Origin: Candidatus Fervidifonticultor secundus
GTDB taxonomy: Bacteria; Sysuimicrobiota; Sysuimicrobiia; Sysuimicrobiales; Humicultoraceae
Direction: 5' to 3'
Assembly: GCA_031459385.1 (NCBI GenBank)
Contig: JAVKIP010000011.1
Span: 25,483 to 89,482 of the forward strand
Length of the DNA stretch: 64,000 nucleotides
The position numbers and the translations under genes were made by a program. The first letter of the stretch is position 1. Each line of letters starts with the position of its first letter. The notes under the pieces were generated by a model, which searched no databases, was not told where the DNA came from, and was given only the letters and a program-made list of their open reading frames with translations. Shown piece after piece: positions 57,604 through 64,000 of this stretch.

Positions 57604-58017
57604 GTGGTGCACCAGCCGCGGCGGCCGGGTCGGCGCGGTCCCACCCCACCCGACGCCTTTCCCTACGATCCGCGCCGCAGCCCGCCGGCCCCCGTGCTCC
57701 CGGTACGCCTGGGACCGCCGCGCACCAAGCCGGCCACGGCGGTGGCGGCGCTCGTGGACAGCGGCGCCGACGTCACCGTGCTCCCCGAGGGTCTGCCGCA
57801 GGCGCTCGGCCTGCCCCAGGTCAGCGAGGTGACGGTCCGCGGGGTGGCGGGGACGGCCCGCGTCCCGGTGTACGCCGCCGAACTGGAGGCCGCCGGGACG
57901 CGCCGGATCGTGGAGGCGATGGCGATGGGCGCGGAGGCGCTGCTCGGCCGTGACGTCCTGAACCGCTGGGTGGTCACGCTCGACGGGCCGGCGCGGGTCC
58001 TGAGGCTTGAGCGCTAG
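57604..58017 (+). CDS. Retropepsin-like (clan AA) aspartic protease, single domain
   Basis: ALVDSGADVTVLP catalytic motif, flap VRGVAG, LLGRDVLN. Confidence 0.85.
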   Translation: MVHQPRRPGRRGPTPPDAFPYDPRRSPPAPVLPVRLGPPRTKPATAVAALVDSGADVTVLPEGLPQALGLPQVSEVTVRGVAGTARVPVYAAELEAAGTRRIVEAMAMGAEALLGRDVLNRWVVTLDGPARVLRLER

Positions 58018-58074
58018 TACTCTGGATCAGACTGCCGGCGGCACCTGAGTAAACCTCTCCCGCAGGCGGGCAGT

Positions 58075-58511
58075 TGTCCTCGTCGACCGCGTGGGCGGCC
58101 GCGTCGACTGGTCGCACGCCACCGATCTCATCGCCGCAGGGATCGTGGGGCGGGACGGCTACGCCGACATCGAGCTGCTCCGTCCCGACGGCACCCGCCT
58201 CGCCTGCCTGACCTGCGGCCACCCGCAGGTTCCCCAGAAGCACAACGACCTCCCCGCCTGGCATCCCTCGTGGGAGTACTGGCGGAGCGCAACAGGGGAA
58301 GAGGTCGACTTCGTGGTCGAGACGGGGGGAGGCTGCTCCCCCTGGAGGTCAAGGCCACCACCCGGCCGCGCCTGACCGACGCCGCCGGGTTGCGTGCGTT
58401 TCAACGGGAGTACGCGCGGACGACCCGGGCGGGGCTGCTGCTGCACGAGGGGACCCGCCTAGAGTGGCTGCCAACGGCGTCCTGGCCGCGCCATGGTGGA
58501 TGGTGTGCTGA
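58075..58511 (+). pseudogene. Chimeric remnant: TolB/PD40-like fragment joined to a frameshifted DUF4143 (AAA ATPase C-terminal) fragment
   Basis: GRVDWS..RPDG..CLTC..PAWHPS, then YWRSATGEEVDFVVE, frameshift, LLPLEVKAT..GLRAFQREY, frameshift, GVLAAPWW. Confidence 0.7.
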
Positions 58512-58769
58512 TGGGGGAGCGGGCCATGGCTACTCCCAGCGGAACCGCCACCCGCCAGGAGGAAGGTTACCACTCCCCAGCCCGTCACGTAGATGAGGAC
58601 CAAGCGCTGCCGGTACGATCCCTTGGCCCAGACGGCTCGGCCCTTGGTCGTGATCTCTGTCGCCACGTCCACGTTCATGACATGCCTCCCGGCAGAATCG
58701 GGCTCAGGTCGCGGCCCGGGAGGCAACCACCACCCCGACCACGACCTGACCGCGATGTGGATTCGCGCA

Positions 58770-59240
58770 CTACCTGCTGCCCCGCGGGTCGTCCGCGGGG
58801 TTGACGTAGGAGATCCCCCAGGGACCGACGCTGTGCAGCTGGATGATGGTCTCAGCCGTCGTCCAGGCGTAATGGGGCATCCCCGCGGGGATCACGAAGA
58901 AGCTCCCGGGGCCAAGGGCTGTGCCCTTCGACTTGTCGAGCACGTCTCCCATGGCGACACTGAATCGCCCGGACAGGATGGTCACGTGCTCAAGCGCGGG
59001 GTGGGTGTGGGGCGGGATCACATACCCGGCCGGAAACTTCAGACGCATGGTCAGGGGCACTGCCTGTGCCGGGTTGCCTGTCAGGATGACGATCTGGGCA
59101 CCGGGCGGCAGCGAGGGCGGTGCCGCCTGCCACTTCAACTGCCCGGGGGTGAAGACGATCATGGGCTCCTGGGCCATGGCTGCCGTTGCCGCCGCCGCAA
59201 GTAGCACTGCGGCAAGCATAGCGATCGCTCTGGCCATCAT
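58770..59240 (-). CDS. Secreted cupin-domain protein
   Basis: Signal peptide; PPHTHPALEHVTILSG, GSFFVIPAGMPHYA; GAGGAGGAGG SD. Confidence 0.88.
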   Translation of the reverse strand: MMARAIAMLAAVLLAAAATAAMAQEPMIVFTPGQLKWQAAPPSLPPGAQIVILTGNPAQAVPLTMRLKFPAGYVIPPHTHPALEHVTILSGRFSVAMGDVLDKSKGTALGPGSFFVIPAGMPHYAWTTAETIIQLHSVGPWGISYVNPADDPRGSR

Positions 59241-59371
59241 CGGTTCCTCCTCCTCGTCCTGTGGGCAAGGTGCGCCCGCGGCGTTGTGATGCCCCTACTC
59301 TAGCCACCGCCGGCTGCTCAGGCATCCGGGAAAAGGCGTAGGAGCGCGCTGCGATCGGAAAACTGCCAGGA

Positions 59372-61189
<1,818 letters not shown>

Positions 61190-61262
61190 GGCACCGGGGG
61201 ACATCATAGCGGCCGGGCAGGCGCGGGGCAAACACCCGGCCGCGGCGGGGGGTCGGGGGCTG

Positions 61263-61778
61263 TCAATGGGGCAGCCCGCGCACCAGCGCCACCGCCAGGA
61301 GCAGCGCGCCCAGGGCCAGGAGCAGGTTGAGCCGGCCGATCCAGGCGGCCAGGCGGCGCAGGGCCAGCGCCTGACGGTGCGGCTGTGGCGGCGTGCTGTC
61401 GTATCCGGCCTGAGCCAGCCGCGTGCTCGCCGGGCCGATGACGAAGTCGTGCAGGGCGCTCAAGACGAGCATCGCCCCGACGAACGCCAGCTTCCAGGCC
61501 AGGATCCGGCCGAAGGGTGTCTCCCACAGGCGGCCGGTGGTTACCGCCTCCCAGCTTACGCCCCGGTAGGCCAGGGTGAGGGTGCCGGTGGCGATGAGCA
61601 CCACGATGGCGACCCACCCCACGACCCGGAACCGCATCCCCATGGCGGTGACGAGGGCGGCGCGCTGGGCGTCGGGAAGGCGGCGCAGCGGCGGGATGGC
61701 CACGAGGGCGAGAAAGACCATGCCCCCGATCCACACGACGGTGGCCAGGAGGTGCAGGAAGACGACAACCTGATACAT
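61263..61778 (-). CDS. CopD/DUF4149-like membrane protein
   Basis: LHLLATVVWIGG, LIATG, FGRILAWKL, HDFVIGP; 4 TM. Confidence 0.75.
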   Translation of the reverse strand: MYQVVVFLHLLATVVWIGGMVFLALVAIPPLRRLPDAQRAALVTAMGMRFRVVGWVAIVVLIATGTLTLAYRGVSWEAVTTGRLWETPFGRILAWKLAFVGAMLVLSALHDFVIGPASTRLAQAGYDSTPPQPHRQALALRRLAAWIGRLNLLLALGALLLAVALVRGLPH

Positions 61779-61907
61779 GGGCTGTTCTCCTCTATTGGCT
61801 CTCGATCCCGTGGTGTGCCCAGGCCGAGGACCGCTTCTTCCAGACACACGTGCCGAACCAAGGGAAGGAAGCGGTCATTCCGCAGAATGGTTCCAGAATA
61901 GCAGCGA

Positions 61908-61938
61908 AATGCTACCATATTCGCACTATGGCAACATT
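61908..61938. promoter_or_regulatory. Operator-like palindrome between divergent genes
   Basis: AATGCTACCATA-N7-TATGGCAACATT (10/12 arm match), AT-rich. Confidence 0.55.
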
Positions 61939-62057
61939 GAAGACCGGGGCGAGGAGATGAGGGCTATTCGCGCCTAACGAATTCGCGGCGCTGGGTCGAG
62001 GGCAAGCAGCGCGATGCCGTGCGGCTTGCGCTGGTAGACGGCAAACGGTGACACAGT

Positions 62058-63248
62058 TTGCGGCAGGCTACGACCACCCCAGAAACCCAGATTACCCTTC
62101 CGGCCGGACGGGCCACGATCCGTTTCGATCGAAACGAACTCGCAGGCGCGTTCGGAGACATGGGGACAGACGTACCCCTCCTGATCGGGATGGCGCTCGC
62201 CGCTGGACTCGATGGAACGAGCACCCTTGTGATGTTCGGCGTCATGCAGCTGCTCACAGGCCTCATTTATCGATTACCGATGCCGGTTCAGCCTCTCAAG
62301 GCGATGGCGGCCATCGTCATCGCACGACAGGCCTCCGCCGCAACGCTCTATGGCGCCGGCCTTGCGATCGGGTTGGTGATGCTGGTTCTTGCGGCAACCG
62401 GTCTGCTCGACTGGTTGGCCCGCGTGGTTCCCAAGTGCGTGGTGCGCGGCATCCAGCTCGGACTGGGGCTCCAGCTGGCCTCTGTCGCGCTGGGGAAGTT
62501 CGTCCAGGCCGACGGTGTGTCCGGATACGCACTCGCGGCTTTTGCCTTCATCGTCACGATACTTCTGCTCGGCAACCGCAGATTCCCCGCGGCGCTTCCG
62601 GTTGTGCTCCTCGGACTCGTGTATGCGATGATCTTCAAGTGGGACGGCAGCTTGGCTCGCAGCTTCGGCTTCCACCTGCCCGGTCTGCGCGTTCCTCAGC
62701 CGGCCGACATCCTGACAGGATTCCTGGTCCTTGCCTTGCCGCAGATACCGCTTTCCCTGGGCAATTCCGTCCTCGCCACCTGGCAGCTCGCCCGGGACTT
62801 GTTCCCCGATCGGCGCCTGACGATTCGCAAGATTGGGCTGACGTACGCGCTGATGAACCTTGCCAATCCATGGTTCGGCGGTGTGCCGACTTGCCACGGC
62901 TCGGGCGGGATGGCGGGGCATTTCGCTTTTGGCGGGCGAACGGGTGGGTCCGTCATCATCTACGGATTGCTCTTCGTCTTGCTCGGTCTGTTCTTTGGCA
63001 CGGGCTTCGATCACGTGGCCACTGCATTTCCGCTCCCGATACTGGGGGTCATCCTCCTCTTCGAAGCACTCGCACTGATCTGGCTCCTCCGCGACACGGC
63101 TCCTTCTCGCTCCGAGTTTCCGGTTGCCCTGCTGGTGGGCCTATTGGCCTTCGGGCTGCCTTACGGATACGTGATCGGGCTCGTCGTGGGGACCGTACTG
63201 TTCTACCTCGGTGGTCGTACACGCCTGGTTAGCCCCGATGCTGTCTAA
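62058..63248 (+). CDS. Putative molybdate/sulfate transporter (MOT1 family)
   Basis: ELAGAFGDMGT, PMPVQPLKAMAA, PQIPLSLGNS, GGVPTCHGSGGMAGHFAFGGR. Confidence 0.88.
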   Translation: MRQATTTPETQITLPAGRATIRFDRNELAGAFGDMGTDVPLLIGMALAAGLDGTSTLVMFGVMQLLTGLIYRLPMPVQPLKAMAAIVIARQASAATLYGAGLAIGLVMLVLAATGLLDWLARVVPKCVVRGIQLGLGLQLASVALGKFVQADGVSGYALAAFAFIVTILLLGNRRFPAALPVVLLGLVYAMIFKWDGSLARSFGFHLPGLRVPQPADILTGFLVLALPQIPLSLGNSVLATWQLARDLFPDRRLTIRKIGLTYALMNLANPWFGGVPTCHGSGGMAGHFAFGGRTGGSVIIYGLLFVLLGLFFGTGFDHVATAFPLPILGVILLFEALALIWLLRDTAPSRSEFPVALLVGLLAFGLPYGYVIGLVVGTVLFYLGGRTRLVSPDAV

Positions 63249-63714
63249 GGGCGCCGGACCCGGCCGGACCCGCCCCCTCGAGGATCGGGCAGATGCAGGG
63301 GGCCTGGGGGTCTGCGCCGTCTGCCCGACGCCGCAGGTGCCGCAGCTCCCCGCGCAACCCGCGCAGGGCTCGTAGCTGATCTTCCACCTCCGCCAGCTTG
63401 CGGTCCAGCCAGTCCCGCACGTGCCCGCACGGCAGCTCCCCCCGGTCCCGCAGCCGGAACACCTCTGCCGCCTCCCGCAGGCTGAGGCCCGCCCGTTTGG
63501 CCCGCAGCACGAACCGCAACCGCTCCCGGTCCGTTCCTACGTACACCCGGTAGCCGGACGCCGTCCTCCCGGGCCGGAGCAGTCCCACCGACTCGTAGTA
63601 CCGCAGGGTCCTCGGGTTGAGGCGGAACTCCCGGGCCAGCGCGCCGATCCGGACCCCGACCTCCCCGCTCGCACGCCCACGCACGGATTCACCTCCTGAC
63701 GCCCTCTCCGCCAT
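63229..63714 (-). CDS. MerR family heavy-metal-responsive regulator
   Basis: RIGALA..RTLRYYE..GLL..SGYRVY; Cys in PCGH and C-terminal CICPIL. Confidence 0.9.
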   Translation of the reverse strand: MAERASGGESVRGRASGEVGVRIGALAREFRLNPRTLRYYESVGLLRPGRTASGYRVYVGTDRERLRFVLRAKRAGLSLREAAEVFRLRDRGELPCGHVRDWLDRKLAEVEDQLRALRGLRGELRHLRRRADGADPQAPCICPILEGAGPAGSGALRQHRG

Positions 63715-64000
63715 ATTCCTCCAGCGCAACCCCTTCTGCCAGCCGGCCCTCCCGCAGCCGCACCAGGCGGCCCACGAACGACCTGGTCAAGACGAGCCCC
63801 ACACTCACCGCCATTGCCAGCATGGCCCACACCGGCCTGACCAACCCGGTGGTCGCCGCGACCACCCCTGCTCCGTTGAACGCTAGGGCCACGGCCACGT
63901 TGCCCGCGGTCAGGCCGTAACTGCGCTTTGCGAGCTCCACCGCGTCCACCAGGCCGCCCAGGCGTCCGCTCACCAGCACGACATCCGCGGAGTCCACCGC
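63689..64000 (-). CDS. Heavy-metal P1B-type ATPase, 3' end only
   Basis: SADVVL, NVAVALAFN, PVWAMLAMAVS (last two TM helices); upstream of merR. Confidence 0.8.
   Translation of the reverse strand, partial: AVDSADVVLVSGRLGGLVDAVELAKRSYGLTAGNVAVALAFNGAGVVAATTGLVRPVWAMLAMAVSVGLVLTRSFVGRLVRLREGRLAEGVALEEYGGEGVRR

Noticed and set aside
58573..58582. CTCCCCAGCC as an att copy of the tRNA 3' end
   Set aside because: Only ~10 nt, with one C missing; expected by chance
58349..58678. Minus-strand ORF with a GGGAGG SD (MNVDVATEIT...)
   Set aside because: No recognisable domain after the first residues and it runs antisense into the DUF4143 remnant; at most another fragment

Overview
Very GC-rich bacterial chromosome segment. 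About 1-56.8 kb is mostly core genome in a Firmicutes-like gene order, with Gram-positive-style regulatory elements (two T-box leaders, CIRCE, ARG boxes). The co-occurrence of lnt, csaB/DUF5693 and spoVS suggests a Terrabacteria lineage such as Armatimonadota/CSP1-3 or Limnochordia; this is inference only. Order: rhodanese 3' end, MFS transporter, hybrid kinase, NHL protein, aroM, T-box-thrS, comEC-holA, rpsT, murJ, CIRCE-hrcA-dnaJ-prmA-rsmE, argCJBDGH-argR, phoH-7TM/HD-ybeY-dgkA-hemolysin-DUF502-cdd, soluble MgtE-type CBS protein plus NRAMP-related transporter, recO, T-box-glyQS, dGTPase, membrane PPase, hpf, secA-lnt-prfB (+1 frameshift), LmeA-like-DUF5693-csaB, spoVS, prs, gltX, tRNA-Gln(CTG). 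After the tRNA (56.8-64 kb) is an accessory mosaic. It holds an apparently autoregulated RHH/DUF5678 plus retropepsin-like protease two-gene module (best novel-system candidate, TA-like), chimeric gene remnants, an in-frame ABC-ATPase/STAND-LuxR fusion, a cupin, CopD-like and MOT1-like genes, MerR and a P1B-ATPase 3' end. Other notable items: Lnt fused to a degenerate CPBP-like domain, a triplicated stop/start junction, sigma-H-like promoters and probable non-canonical start codons. All family calls come from motif recognition by eye; no searches were run.
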